Assembly: GCF_001194135.2 (NCBI RefSeq) | Contig: NC_069007.1 | Location: 20,868,827 to 20,932,826 of the forward strand | Direction: 5' to 3' | DNA length: 64,000 bases | From: Octopus bimaculoides | Lineage: Eukaryota | Made by a program: the position numbers and the translations under genes | The notes under the pieces: model-generated | Database searches by the model: none | What the model was told of the DNA's origin: nothing | Seen by the model: only the letters and a program-made list of their open reading frames with translations | Shown: piece after piece, positions 31,801 through 44,571 of the stretch | How positions within the stretch are numbered: the stretch's first letter is position 1 | Layout: each line of letters starts with the position of its first letter

Positions 31801-33721
31801 GTATTGTATGTAACCCACGGTAAATATATAAATTAAAAACAGCACCCAGAAAAAATTCAAAATAGCTACCACATATCAATGAATGAAATTCAACGTGATT
31901 GTTTGATGTCTTAGAAACAGTAGTCAAATCACCCTCGAATCACAGCCTACTAAAAAGTGAAGACCTCCTTTGACAGTGGTGGTAGTTCGAGACAAAAATA
32001 AATAAATAAAATGGACTGTCGCAGAAAAAACTCTATAATTATAGATCAATTCGATCAGGATCTAAAGAACTATTCTCTGATTTATATTTCGTTCAAAACG
32101 AACTATCATTAACGGAATATCTATACAAGTGTGCAGACCACCACCGACTTTGTTTCGTCATAACTTTCAGAGGATGGGAATTTTTTAATGTAATTCTCTA
32201 CAAGTATCTTGTAAAAAAATGGTGGGAATAGAAAACACTTCATTTCACGTTGCCCCAGTCCTCCTTCGATCAGTGGGGAATGTTAGCCTGCTCGCCTCGC
32301 TAGCAGAGTGGCGTCGTTTGAAGGTTAAAACAACGCAAAAGCACATTGTGACCAGCGATGTGCAATAACATCTGACAGCCTGGTCGGACACATAATAACG
32401 TGATGTGGGTGTGTGATCCGACCACCAGCACCATCACTTGACAACCGGTGCTGGTTTGTTTACTCGTAACTTAGCATACCGTATCTGACTTTGAAGAAAA
32501 CTATGTCGATTTGTTCGACTGACATACTTCAAAGCAGTAGACCAATATGGTTGCAGTTCAATAACTGAATCAACTAAAACAATGCTTATAACTATAACCA
32601 AATCAATAACGGCGAAATCGATCATTCATAAAGATACTCCTCACTCTTCCTTCCACGTTACTGCATGTCTTGTCACCTGACCAAAACTAACCAATGAAAA
32701 ACGTATACTTCGACTTCCGCCGGTACTTAAATTCTTCCATTCATTATTTTGTCTTTTAAAGGTTCTGAAGACGACGAGAAAATACGAGTAACGGATTTAG
32801 CTGTATACATCATATTGATTTCAATTACAGATTAGGATTGTACTACAGATATAGTCCATACTGAACATTGATGTATGTATATATACTATAGCAGGTAATG
32901 TTATACGTTTGAATACTAATTTACGACTTATAGTAAAATTCATATGCAATCATGAACTTGGTGTATATTTCATAGCATCAAATGATTCTAAGTAAACTTT
33001 AGTCATTGCTCTTCTTTTATACAATGCTTAGAAATTTGTGTATGGCAGGCGTCAAGGATCATTATTACGCGCTTTAGAGTAATTCGACTGTATGTGAAGT
33101 TTGGAAACAGGAACATGAAAAACCTACGTGGAGAAAACGAAACGAATTATGTGAATCTACAGAACATGTTTCTTTTGTACCTGCACGAAGACGATGTAGA
33201 GAACCGCATTTGCCATTACAATCTTATATATTGTAACAATGTCTTTAATTTAAAGCTGTTCACTACGTGCAATTTTAATTATATTTAACAATCAGTCGTT
33301 TTTTTGGAGGAAGGTGGTGGTCAATTGAAGTAAAATTGTCAAAAGTTTGATTTTGTAGTAAAAGTAAAAAAATATTTTTGTCTTTATAGTTAAGGAAAAT
33401 TTTTAGAATTCCATAGCATTCAATGGTGCGTTTCTTTCCTTTATTTATTTATTTTATTTTAAATTTAATTTTCAGAAATAATATATGTTCTTTTGCAGCG
33501 TACGAACATTTCGTTGTTTGCATCTCATTGTAGGTGGGGTCGATGTAATCGACTTCATCTCTTTGTCTGTCCTCTCTATGTTTAGCCCTCCGTGGGCAAT
33601 AAATAAATAAATATGAGTTTGTGATATAGTTTGTTCTAAAAGAACATCAACGTTTAAGTGGAGATAAATATTACCTCTCAGCGTCAATGCTGTCTCTGCC
33701 ACTAATAGTGTTTTCTCTCTG

Positions 33722-34162
33722 ATTTCAGAATAACAGACAACATTGCCATTAAAGAATGTTTAACTTCAGATGCGTCTTCAAAATCATCTTTTAAAGAATA
33801 AGAGAATGTCTGTATAGACCTGGAGTAGAACCAATGTGGAATATTTCCTCTGGACTGAGATTTTTAGCAGGATTTGTGTTTCACATTCAGAAGTGTGTAC
33901 AAGAAAATTTTTGCAGTCTAATTTAACTTGGCCAAATTTACGAAAGACTTTTGCGTCATCTTTAGCTGCTGACAACTGTTACAATTGATGGAATTGTAGT
34001 AGTAGAAATATTTGAGAATAAAATATAAAAATAAAAAAAAAAACAACAACATTCATATATTGTTTTGAGAGAAGAAAAGCTCTCCCAAATGACAGTGAGA
34101 ACAAGTTTAAGTGTAGAACAAAGCTTTATAAGATTGATCTTCTTGATGCGATCCTAAAAGAG
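33722..34162 (+). promoter_or_regulatory. Family-B splice acceptor and conserved leader of G10
   Basis: Pyrimidine tract + ATTTCAG ending 33728; homologous acceptors end at 39544, 41059, 50581 (minus) and 55277. Confidence 0.65.
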
Positions 34163-35602
34163 ATGGGGAAAGTCATGTACCACTGTGATATCTGTAAAAC
34201 CTCATTCTCCCAGAAATCTAATCTAACCACTCACAAACGTGTTCATACTGGAGAAAAACCATATCACTGTGATATCTGTGGCAAATCATTCTCTCAAAGA
34301 AGTCACTTAACTACTCACAAACGTACTCACACTGGAGAGAAAGCATATCATTGTAACGTTTGTGGTAAGTCATTCGCTCAGAATGGTGACTTAACCACTC
34401 ACAAGCGTATTCATACAGGAGAAAAACCATATCATTGTGATATCTGTGGTAAGTCATTGTCACGAAATCATAGCTTAACTAAACATAAACGTATTCATAC
34501 TGGAGAGAAACCATATGACTGTGATATCTGTGGTAAATCATTCTCTGAAAGAAGTGCCTTAACTACACACAAACGCATTCATACAGGAGAAAAACCATAT
34601 CAATGTCATATCTGTGGTAATTCATTCTCACAAAAATCTACCTTAACTAAACATAGACGCTTTCATACAAAAGAGCAGCCATATCATTGTGATATCTGTA
34701 ATAAAACATTTTCTTCGAGAAGTAATTTAACTACTCACAAACGTGTTCATACAGGAGAGAAACCATATTGCTGTGATGTATGTGGAAAATCATTCTCTGT
34801 AAAAAGTCACCTAACTGTTCACAGATACATTCATACAGAAGAGAAACCATATCACTGTGATATTTGTGGTAAATCATTTTCTCAAAGTGGTAACCTAACT
34901 AGCCATAAGCATATTCATACAGGTGAGAAACCACACAACTGTGATATCTGTGGTAAATCATTCTCTGTGACAAGTCATTTGACTACTCATAAACGTTTTC
35001 ATACTGGAGAGAAGCCATATCAGTGCGATATCTGTGGTAAGCCATTTTCACAGAAATCTAATTTAACTAAACACAGACGGTTTCATACAGGAGAGAGGCC
35101 ATATCGCTGTGATGTGTGTGGTAAATCATTCTCTGGAAGTGGTGACTTAACTAAACACAAGCGCTTTCACACAGGAGAAAAACCTTATCGCTGCAATATT
35201 TGTGGGAAATCCTTCTCTGGAAGTGGTGTCTTAACTACACACAAACGCATTCATACAGGAGAGAAACCATACGGTTGTGATATTTGTGGTAAATCATTCT
35301 CTCAAACAAGTCACTTAAGAATTCACAAACATGTTCATACAGGAGATAAACCATATTACTGTGATGCCTGTGGTAAGACATTTTCTTTAAGAAGCCACTT
35401 AACTAAACACAAACGTATTCATACTGGAGAGAAACCATATCACTGTGATATCTGTGGTAAATCATTCTCTGAAGGAAGTACCTTAACTAAACACAAGCGT
35501 ATTCATACAGGAGAGAAACCATATCAGTGTGATATCTGTGGTAAATCCTTCACTTCAGGAAGTAACTTGACAACTCACAAACACATTCATACAGGCCGAT
35601 AG
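34163..35602 (+). CDS. C2H2 zinc-finger protein G10, family B (17 fingers, finger-only)
   Basis: 479-aa ORF made almost entirely of [21 protein letters not shown] units. Confidence 0.93.
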   Translation: MGKVMYHCDICKTSFSQKSNLTTHKRVHTGEKPYHCDICGKSFSQRSHLTTHKRTHTGEKAYHCNVCGKSFAQNGDLTTHKRIHTGEKPYHCDICGKSLSRNHSLTKHKRIHTGEKPYDCDICGKSFSERSALTTHKRIHTGEKPYQCHICGNSFSQKSTLTKHRRFHTKEQPYHCDICNKTFSSRSNLTTHKRVHTGEKPYCCDVCGKSFSVKSHLTVHRYIHTEEKPYHCDICGKSFSQSGNLTSHKHIHTGEKPHNCDICGKSFSVTSHLTTHKRFHTGEKPYQCDICGKPFSQKSNLTKHRRFHTGERPYRCDVCGKSFSGSGDLTKHKRFHTGEKPYRCNICGKSFSGSGVLTTHKRIHTGEKPYGCDICGKSFSQTSHLRIHKHVHTGDKPYYCDACGKTFSLRSHLTKHKRIHTGEKPYHCDICGKSFSEGSTLTKHKRIHTGEKPYQCDICGKSFTSGSNLTTHKHIHTGR

Positions 35603-37277
35603 CTTAACTCTACACAAATGTATTGTGTTAGGAGCAATGTTACATAACATTTTTGTAAAATCAATCTCCCATAAAAATAAAAAAAACAGAATTCCTGTTA
35701 AATACATGGATGAGTAGCCATATCAGAGTTCAGAGTTTCTCTGTGAGAAAAAGGCTTATATAAATGATAAATGTATCATTGGAAATATAACCATGTGATT
35801 GCAAACCCATTTTATATAACCACAGCTATATTACATTTGCAACACGATTTGCTACTGTGATCATCATCATCATCATCATCATTTTAAAATCCACGTTTTG
35901 ATGCTTGCATGTGTCAAATGGAATTCATTGAGGCAGGTTTTCAATGGCTGGATACTCTTCCTGTCACCAACTTTCACTTGTCTGTAAGTAAGGGAATATT
36001 TCCCCATGGTGGTCATATCTTCAATGAATATTGGAAATGAATAGTACCATTCATATGACTGGCACTCATTTACAACTATCACACGATATTAAGACAAGGA
36101 GGCACACACACACACACACACATTATATATGAAGGACGTCTTTCAGTTTCTCTCTACTTAATCCAGTCACAGGGCTTGGTTGGCCTGTGGCTACAGTGGA
36201 AGACGAATACCACTTCAAAGTGCCATGCAGAAGGACTGAAACTGAAAACCGAGTGTTGGGAAGCCAACTTAACCGCACAGCCATGCCTGTCCCTGTTATT
36301 CTTGATAAAAACATTCTTTCAGAATATTACTACAGAAGGACTATGTAGCATATTTTCAGATGGAAGGGAAGAGACTATCGGTTCATTGGACATTGAGAGT
36401 AAATAACTGCTCTGAACAAATGATCATCATCAGCTTTATTTTGTATCCGAGAGTTTAATTTCTTCTTTGCTTCTCTCATTCGTTTGTGGTGATGGCGTTG
36501 ATGACTCTAGACTGATTCTTGCATAGAAGAGTCATTGGTATTGGTTGCATGGCAATGTTGATGGAAGATGAGGTTGATTTTTGTTGCCTCTTTCTCTTCT
36601 GATGGCTCCAAAGATTTCGGTTCTGATGGTGATGAAACACCACCACTTGGTATGCTCTCAGGCTTGTGTTTCAAACCATAAACCCTGATTCTTCAATAAA
36701 ATTGGTTTACTCTTAAATTATTCTACTGTTATTTAATATATCTGTAGTGGATCTTGTATGCATGAAGTGGATTCAATCCACCATAGTGTTAATTTAAATT
36801 AACACTGCAACAGAACTTTTCCCACGGTGGAACAATAGTTTTTCTCTGACAGCAGTTTCGCATTTTCCAGATGCCTTATCAGGGGAAAAATCCAGGTGGA
36901 ATATTGAAGAATAATGGGGTGATCAAAACGGGACAACGGATGTAAAACAAACAAAGTAAGGGGTTAATTTAGTTAAGTTTTATTTGTTAAATGCTGTTGT
37001 TTGGAATTTTCTGCAGAAAATAGTCTGTGATGGTGAGTGGGGTGGCACTAGGATTGTGGCTTTAAAACCAAGGGGGCAGCAGCCTGAAAAAGCTTGGGAA
37101 GCACTGCTATAAAGTATACCATATACAGCAGTATATAGTTATTGGATACACCAATTTTACTTATTAAGTGCATTCCTGGAAGCTATTGTTTTCATCTTAT
37201 ATCTCATACACAAAATGTAGCAACAAAAATCAGTGCTGGCCACAATTTCTAGAGAATATCTGTAGAGATAACCTTAT

Positions 37278-37645
37278 TTGTTGGCACTCCGTCGCTTACG
37301 ATGTCGAGGGTTCCAGTTGATCCGATCAACGGAACAGCCTGCTCGTGAAATTAACGTGCAAGGGGCTTCACACTCCACAGACACGTGTACCCTTAACGTA
37401 GTTGCCGGGGATATTCAGCGTGACACAGTGTGACAAGGCTGACCCTTTGAATTACAGGCACAACAGAAACAGGAAGTAAGAGTGAGAGAAAGGTGTGGTG
37501 GAAGAGTACAGCAGGGTTCGCCACCATCCCCTGCCGGAGCCTCGTGGTGCTTTAGGTATTTTCGCTCAATAAACACTCAGAACGCCCGGTCTGGGAATCG
37601 AAACCGCGAGCCCGCTGCCCTAACCACTGGGCCATTGCGCCTCCA
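37278..37645 (-). mobile_element. Full-length tRNA-headed SINE, family 3, with 12-bp target-site duplication
   Basis: Head GGAGGCGCAATGGCCCAGTGGTTAGGG; GAGATAACCTTA at both 37265-37276 and 37648-37659. Confidence 0.9.
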
Positions 37646-38861
37646 CCGAGATAACCTTAACAAAGTAATGTAAAAGCACATTGTTAATGCAGTAGAATGT
37701 GGGATTGACTTATAAAAACGTTTAGTATATTATGCTTGCATAACAGAATACCACAAGTCATTATTATTTATGTACCAGCTTCCAGGAATGCATTTAATAT
37801 GATGTCTCGTATACAAAATGTAGCAACAAAAATCAGTGCTGACCATAATTTCTATAGAATATCTGTAGAGATCAGAAGTCGGCAAGCAGTCAGGAATGTT
37901 AGCACACAGATGGACGAAATGCCGTTTAGCATCTTGTCTAGTGTGCCAACGATTCTGCCAACTCGCCTCAAATTATTACCCACTGAAATACGTAAATTTC
38001 CCCCAACTTCGGAATTGTGCTTTTAAACCCCTAACTGTGTAAAGTGCCTCTGGAACCCTTAACTGTATTAAGAGCCTCAGGACTTATTGAGAGACTGCTG
38101 TTAAAAGTAGAGTTATTTCCCCTGTTACTTAATTACTAAATCTTCGGTTGTTTCACACACGTCTACGTAACTTGATCAGTTCCACTTTACAACTGATATT
38201 TAACGGGATCCAATTAAATCCACATGATTGGTAATTAACTGTGTAAAGAAAGAGATACAGCATTCATTATTACGTTGATCTACATCAACTTTTGTTATAA
38301 AAACCTAGAAATTCCCTCGAAACTGTTATTGTCCAGTCTGATTTAAGTTCAGACGTCTCGATCGCATCGTCACATTTTCCTCTTTAGCTTTATATACTAA
38401 TTATGTAAGTATTACATTTATATAAACACTTATATTGTATATATATGTCATGTTGATACATTTCTTTCTTATGATTTCGTATTACACTTGAAATAGCCTG
38501 ACATCTCCGAAAGAAGAAATCATTTTCGTCTTTAATAAACGTAAAATAATTTGTATATACACACAGTCACAGATCTGTGTGTATATGTTTACATGTATGT
38601 CTGTGTATAAATAAATAAAAATATATATCTATATATATATATACTGCTGGTATATAAAAATGTATTTTCTGAAATTGCAAATTATTTAAAATATAAATAT
38701 ATAATTTTCAACAGAGAGAATTTATCAAAATAGAGAACAAATGAAGTTTGAAGTTAAGTTTAAAAATAAATGTGATACTTATACTCTGGAATGGTGTCGA
38801 ATTTGTTCCAATAACTTTCCGAAGATTTCGTCCTTAAATTCATAACGCCACATGCATATAT

Positions 38862-39078
38862 TTGTGTGTGTGTGTCTGCATTTGTCCCCCCAACCTAAGT
38901 CGCTTGACAACCGATGTTGCATTGTTAACGTCTCCGTAACGTAGCAGTTCGGCAAAAGAAACCGATAGAGTACGTACTAGTCTTACAAAGAATAAGTCCT
39001 GGGGATCGATTTCTTTGACTAAAATCCTTGAAGACTGCTCCATCATGGCTGTAGCCAAATGACTGAAGTAAAAGAGTA
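38862..39078 (+). mobile_element. SINE, family 1 (3' portion)
   Basis: TCGCTTGACAACCGATG...AGAATAAGTCCTGGGG...GACTGAAGTAAAAGAG. Confidence 0.8.
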
Positions 39079-39954
39079 AAAAAATATATAGATATAGATA
39101 GAGGGAGAGAGAGTGTTCAAATTTAGTGAAAACAAAAGATAAAGAAAGGTGAGAGAAGGGGACAACAGGTATGTGTATTAGTTTAATGCTCTGGAAGAAT
39201 GGAAAAGTCATTGATGTTTCGAGGCTACACTCTTTGGTAGAAAGGATTAAGAGGGGGGGGGGATGAAAAACGATGATAAGTGTGTGAATCAGAGAGTGAA
39301 ATAAAATCATAATTAACTGACCCTCCTGTATTTTCTTTTACCCAAAGCCAGGAACTTTTTACATCACCTTGTACATATACACCTATCAGTCTTGTAAATG
39401 GAAGACTATATTGGTTAAGTTCATTTGTTCACATGAAGGAATATATCTACAGTTTATGAGTGTAGAAATAAAGTAAAATTTCACTGTTGTATCTCGACTT
39501 ATTAAGTAACCACTCCTTCTTATTCACTTCCTCTATTATTTCAGGACATCAGACGACGTTGACAGAAGCGAATTCTTCACTTCAGATGTATCATCTATAT
39601 TAGCTTTTAAGGATTCAAGGAGGTTGTTATACAGAGATATAATCCATGCTGAACTATTGNNNNNNNNNNNNNNNNNNNNNNNNNNNNNNNNNNNNNNNNN
39701 NNNNNNNNNNNNNNNNNNNNNNNNNNNNNNNNGGACAAATTTATGAAGGAGTTCACAGCATCTTTAAATACCAACAAAGATCTCATTTGGTGGAAGTATA
39801 GGAGAGGCATGTTCATTGTGATTAAACTATATATATATTAAAGAAAGAACAGTAAAAATATTCTCAATATCTATGTATTCTGGTGATAGAGAAAAACTCA
39901 TGGGAATATGAATTATATAAGAAGCTGAAAGGATTGATATCTTTTTCTTGGGAA

Positions 39955-40917
39955 ATGCCAAAAGTAACAGGAAAATCATCATACGACTGTGATATCTGTA
40001 AAAAGTCCTTCTCTCAAAAGTGTAACCTTAAGACGCACGAATGCATTCATACAGGAGAGAAGCCATTTCACTGTGATATCTGTGGTAAATCATTCTCTCA
40101 GACAGGTGGTTTAACTGCTCACAAACGTAGTCATACAGGTGATAAACCTTATCATTGTGATATATGTGATAAATCATTCTCTCATACAGGTAGCTTAACT
40201 ACACACAAATATATTCATACTGGAGAGAAACCATATCACTGTGATATCTGTGGAAAATTATTCTCTCAAAATGATACCTTAGCAAAACATAAACGTATTC
40301 ATACAGGAGAGAAACCATATCACTGTGATACTTGTGGCAAGTCCTTCTCTCAGACAGGTACTCTAACAAGACACAAACGTATTCATACAGGAGAGAAACC
40401 GTATCATTGTGATGTCTGTGGTAAATCATTTTCTCATACTGGTAATTTAACTATACACAAATATATTCATACAGGAGACAAACCATATCGCTGCGATATC
40501 TGTGGTAAATCATTCTCTCAGACAGGCAGCTTAACTACACACAAGTACACGCATACAGGTGAGAAGCCATATCACTGCGATATCTGTGGTAAATCATTCT
40601 CTCAAACCAGTCACTTATCTGCTCACAAGTATATTCATACAGGAGAGAAACCATATTGCTGTGATGTCTGTGGCAAAGCATTCTCAGAAGGAAGTAAATT
40701 AACTAAACACATACGTAGTCACACAGGAGACAAACCCTATCCCTGTAACATCTGTGGTAAATCATTCTCTGATGGAGCTGTCTTGACCAAACACAGACAC
40801 ATTCATACAGGAGAGAAACCATATCAGTGTGACATTTGTGGTAAATCATTCTCACGTAGTGGTGATTTAGCTAAACACAGACGTGTTCATTTAGAGATAG
40901 AAACCATAATGCTATGA
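39955..40917 (+). CDS. C2H2 zinc-finger protein G11, family B (11 fingers)
   Basis: [15 protein letters not shown] start at 39955, homologous to the G12 and G15 starts; ends ETIML-stop. Confidence 0.92.
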   Translation: MPKVTGKSSYDCDICKKSFSQKCNLKTHECIHTGEKPFHCDICGKSFSQTGGLTAHKRSHTGDKPYHCDICDKSFSHTGSLTTHKYIHTGEKPYHCDICGKLFSQNDTLAKHKRIHTGEKPYHCDTCGKSFSQTGTLTRHKRIHTGEKPYHCDVCGKSFSHTGNLTIHKYIHTGDKPYRCDICGKSFSQTGSLTTHKYTHTGEKPYHCDICGKSFSQTSHLSAHKYIHTGEKPYCCDVCGKAFSEGSKLTKHIRSHTGDKPYPCNICGKSFSDGAVLTKHRHIHTGEKPYQCDICGKSFSRSGDLAKHRRVHLEIETIML

Positions 40918-41543
40918 TGATTATCATCCAGTATTTTAAATCTGGGACTTGTCCCCGTTAACAGGTGTGGCTGGATCTACCTTGATGCCATAGCAACCAC
41001 CCTCACTTCTCAAACCAACCTTCCCAATCTCTTCCTCCACCTGTCCTCTATTATTTCAGGACATCAGACAACATTGACAGAAGCGAATTCTTCACTTCAG
41101 ATGTATCATCTATATTAGCTTTTAAGGATTCAAGGAGGTTGTTATACAGAGATATAATCCATGCTGAACTATTGTGAAATATTTCTTCTGAACTGCAATT
41201 TATAAATTTCTCAACTTCAGCATCTGGAATGTGTGTGAGATGCTTTTGTGTTCTACATAATCATGGACAAATTTATGAAGGAGTTCACAGCATCTTTAAA
41301 TACCAACAAAGATCTCATTTGGTGGAAGTATAGGAGAGGCATGTTCATTGTGATTAAACTATATATATATTAAAGAAAGAACNNNNNNNNNNGAGGCATG
41401 TTCATTGTGATTAAACTATATATATATTAAAGAAAGAACAGTAAAAATATTCTCAATATCTATGTATTCTGGTGATAGAGAAAAACTCATGGGAATATGA
41501 ATTATATAAGAAGCTGAAAGGATTGAAATCTTTTTCTTGAGAG

Positions 41544-42590
41544 ATGCCAAAAATGACAGGAAAATCATCATACGACTGTGATATCTGTAAAAAGTCCTTC
41601 TCTCAAAAATGTAACCTCAACACGCACAAATGCATTCATACAGGAGAGAAGCCATTTCACTGTGATATCTGTGGTAAATCATTCTCTCAGACAGGTGGTT
41701 TAACTGCTCACAAACGTAGTCATACAGGTGATAAACCTTATCGTTGTGATATCTGTGGAATATTATTCTCTCAAAAAGATAACCTAGCAAAACATAAACG
41801 TATTCATACAGGAGAGAAACCATATCACTGTGATACTTGTGGCAAGTCCTTCTCTCAGACAGGTACTCTAACAAGACACAAACGCATTCATACAGGAGAT
41901 AAACCATATCACTGTGATATCTGTGGTAAATCATTTTCTCATACTGGTAATTTAACTATACACAAATATATTCATACAGGAGACAAACCATATCGCTGCG
42001 ATATCTGTGGTAAATCATTCTCTCATACAAGTAGGTTAACTACACACAAGTACATGCATACAGGTGAGAAGCCATATCACTGCGATATCTGTGGTAAAGC
42101 ATTCTCTCAAAACAGTCACTTATCTGCTCACAAACTAATTCATACAGGGGAGAAACCATATTGCTGTGATGTCTGTGGCAAAGCATTCTCAGAAGGAAAT
42201 AAATTAACTAAACACATACGTAGTCACACAGGAGACAAACCCTATCCCTGTGATATCTGTGGTAAATCATTCTCTCAGACAGGTAGCTTAACTATACACA
42301 AGTACACGCATACAGGAGAGAAACCACATCAGTGTGATATCTGTGGTAAATCATTCTCTCAAACCAGTCACTTATCTGCTCACAAGTATATCCATACAGG
42401 GGAGAAACCATATCCCTGTGATATCTGTGGCAAAGCATTCTCAGAAGGAAGTAAATTAACTCAACACAAACGCATTCATACAGGCGAGAAACCATATCAG
42501 TGTGATATCTGTGAAAAATCTTTCTCACGTAGTGGTGATTTAGCTAAACACAGACGTGTTCATATTGAGATGGAAACCATAATGCTATGA
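41544..42590 (+). CDS. C2H2 zinc-finger protein G12, family B (12 fingers), recent tandem paralogue of G11
   Basis: 348-aa [14 protein letters not shown]...ETIML; leader nearly identical to that of G11. Confidence 0.92.
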   Translation: MPKMTGKSSYDCDICKKSFSQKCNLNTHKCIHTGEKPFHCDICGKSFSQTGGLTAHKRSHTGDKPYRCDICGILFSQKDNLAKHKRIHTGEKPYHCDTCGKSFSQTGTLTRHKRIHTGDKPYHCDICGKSFSHTGNLTIHKYIHTGDKPYRCDICGKSFSHTSRLTTHKYMHTGEKPYHCDICGKAFSQNSHLSAHKLIHTGEKPYCCDVCGKAFSEGNKLTKHIRSHTGDKPYPCDICGKSFSQTGSLTIHKYTHTGEKPHQCDICGKSFSQTSHLSAHKYIHTGEKPYPCDICGKAFSEGSKLTQHKRIHTGEKPYQCDICEKSFSRSGDLAKHRRVHIEMETIML

Positions 42591-43930
42591 TAGCTGTAAT
42601 AAATCTTTTTCTCAAAAAGCTAATTAACGTGTGTATGCATTTCTGCAGAAAAATAACAAATGATATCAAAAATCACTCCAGAATATTAACAGAATTTACA
42701 TAAATGTATATTTAAGGGAAACAAAATATATAGGTGTGATAACAATCTTCAAATGTTATATTTTATATAACCACGTCTGTATCTACACTGGTATATGAAC
42801 ATAACACTGTCATCATCATCATTGTTTAACGTCCACCTTCCATGCTAGCATGGGTGAGATGGCGTGACAGGGGCTGGTCAGGCAGATGTCTGCACCAGAC
42901 TTCTGTGACTGTCATATTTTGAACAAAAGTATTACTTAAATGGAATATATAAATAAAAGTATTTATTTGTATATTTGGTCTTACATATCTGCTGAAGGAA
43001 AAATAGATGCTTTGGATGTCTCTAGGCCATGATAATATATACATGTATCTAATATATATATCTTCTGGATTTTATATCAATTGTTTCCTTTTTATTCTGG
43101 TTTAAATTTTATAATGTATGCTTCCCATCAAAAGAATAATTCTATTTATAGTACGGTTCCTTCCCAATTTGATGGGTAGACTGAATGTTCATTTACAAGT
43201 ACCACTGCAACATTAACTTTTAAACGGCAGGAAAGGTTTGCATGAGTGTACAGTAATACCTCACTTTACAAGGACCCACTTTATGAGACCCAGGATTTAC
43301 AAGCTTTTCTGAGTTTTACTTTCTGTTTACGAGATTTTGCTTTATGAACGTTCTCCAAGAACAAATTAACTCATATATCGAGACATTACTGTATCTTGTA
43401 AACAGGTACAAAAAATAACAACACAACAAAAGGTATCTCTTTTTCTAAAGGACAATTCTTATATTTATTTTCATTTCAAACAAATTTTAAAAATTTATAA
43501 TCCTCGTTAGTCTCTCGCACAATAAAACTTACAATACCATTATGAATGAGTGTCATAAAGTATTTGTTTCCATTTGCAATCAGTGGATGGAGAAGAATCT
43601 GTACACTTTTCCCATTTAGAGCTGGTTGAAGCATCAGTTTTTTTTTTCTCTGCTGTGTAGAGTGTCATCACCATCTGATGATGAAGGAAGGTCAGAAAAA
43701 AAGAAAAGAACTTCATCGCTGTATAAATCTTCTGTTTGCAACCCGATTTCTGGTTTTGATAGGGCCGCCTATGCTTAGGCACATGTGAGGCAGTAGACAG
43801 TCAGGCATCAATTAATGATGAAACACCAGTTGATGGTGTCCAGAAATTAACATCTACATAAAGTGGTTGGTATAATTTGTGAATTACCACCATCGTCAAT
43901 GTTTTAATATTCATTCTGCATGCAAAGTGG

Positions 43931-44237
43931 TGAGCTGAAATGTTAGCATGCCGGGCGAAATGCTTAATGGTATTTCGTCTGTCTTTATGTTCTGAGTTCA
44001 AATTACGCTGAGGTCAACTTTGCCTTTCATCTTTTCAGGGTTGATAAATTAAGTACCAGTGGTGTACTGGGGTTGATCTAATCGACTGGCCCCTCTCACA
44101 AAATTTCAGGCCTTGTACCTAGAGTAGAAAAGAATATTCATTCTACATGTAAGGCGGCAAACTGGCTGAAACGTTAGGATGCCAGGCGAAATGCTTAGCG
44201 GTATTTTGTCTGTCTTTACGTTCTGAGTTCAAATTCG
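43931..44237 (+). mobile_element. Two tandem family-2 SINE copies (second truncated)
   Basis: GAGCTGAAATGTTAGCATGCCGGGCG at 43931 and GCGGCAAACTGGCTGAAACGTTAGG at ~44153. Confidence 0.8.
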
Positions 44238-44571
44238 ATGGTGGTTTCAACAGTTTCAAGAGAGGGGGTATCTGTGTAACGGAAAAAGTCCAGGACGACC
44301 ACAAGTTTCAGGAAATAAAAGTTGATTGTGAGTAAATACTTGTGACTTAGCTGGAGTTTTTCTATTGCTTTTCCTTATCAAAATATAGCGTAATGAAATT
44401 GGTTCATTCTTTTTGAATACCCCTGTATAATTCAACGTTAGGTGAAACAAAATCAGCCTAGGACATGCACAGGTGTCTTACTACAGAGGAAACACATGGC
44501 TAAAGCAAGACAGAGGAACATGCACAAGTATCTTGCTATAAAAGAAATACATGGCTATCATGATCAACGTT

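Noticed and set aside
36330-36700. Minus-strand low-complexity, coding-like stretch (PSEPKSLEPSEEKE...DDHLF) vaguely like a MADF/BESS-type transposon accessory protein
   Set aside because: Interrupted by stops with no diagnostic motif; too weak to call without a search
41336-41439. 47-bp direct duplication in the G12 leader
   Set aside because: The two copies flank a 10-N gap and G11 has one copy: an overlapping-contig-end artefact
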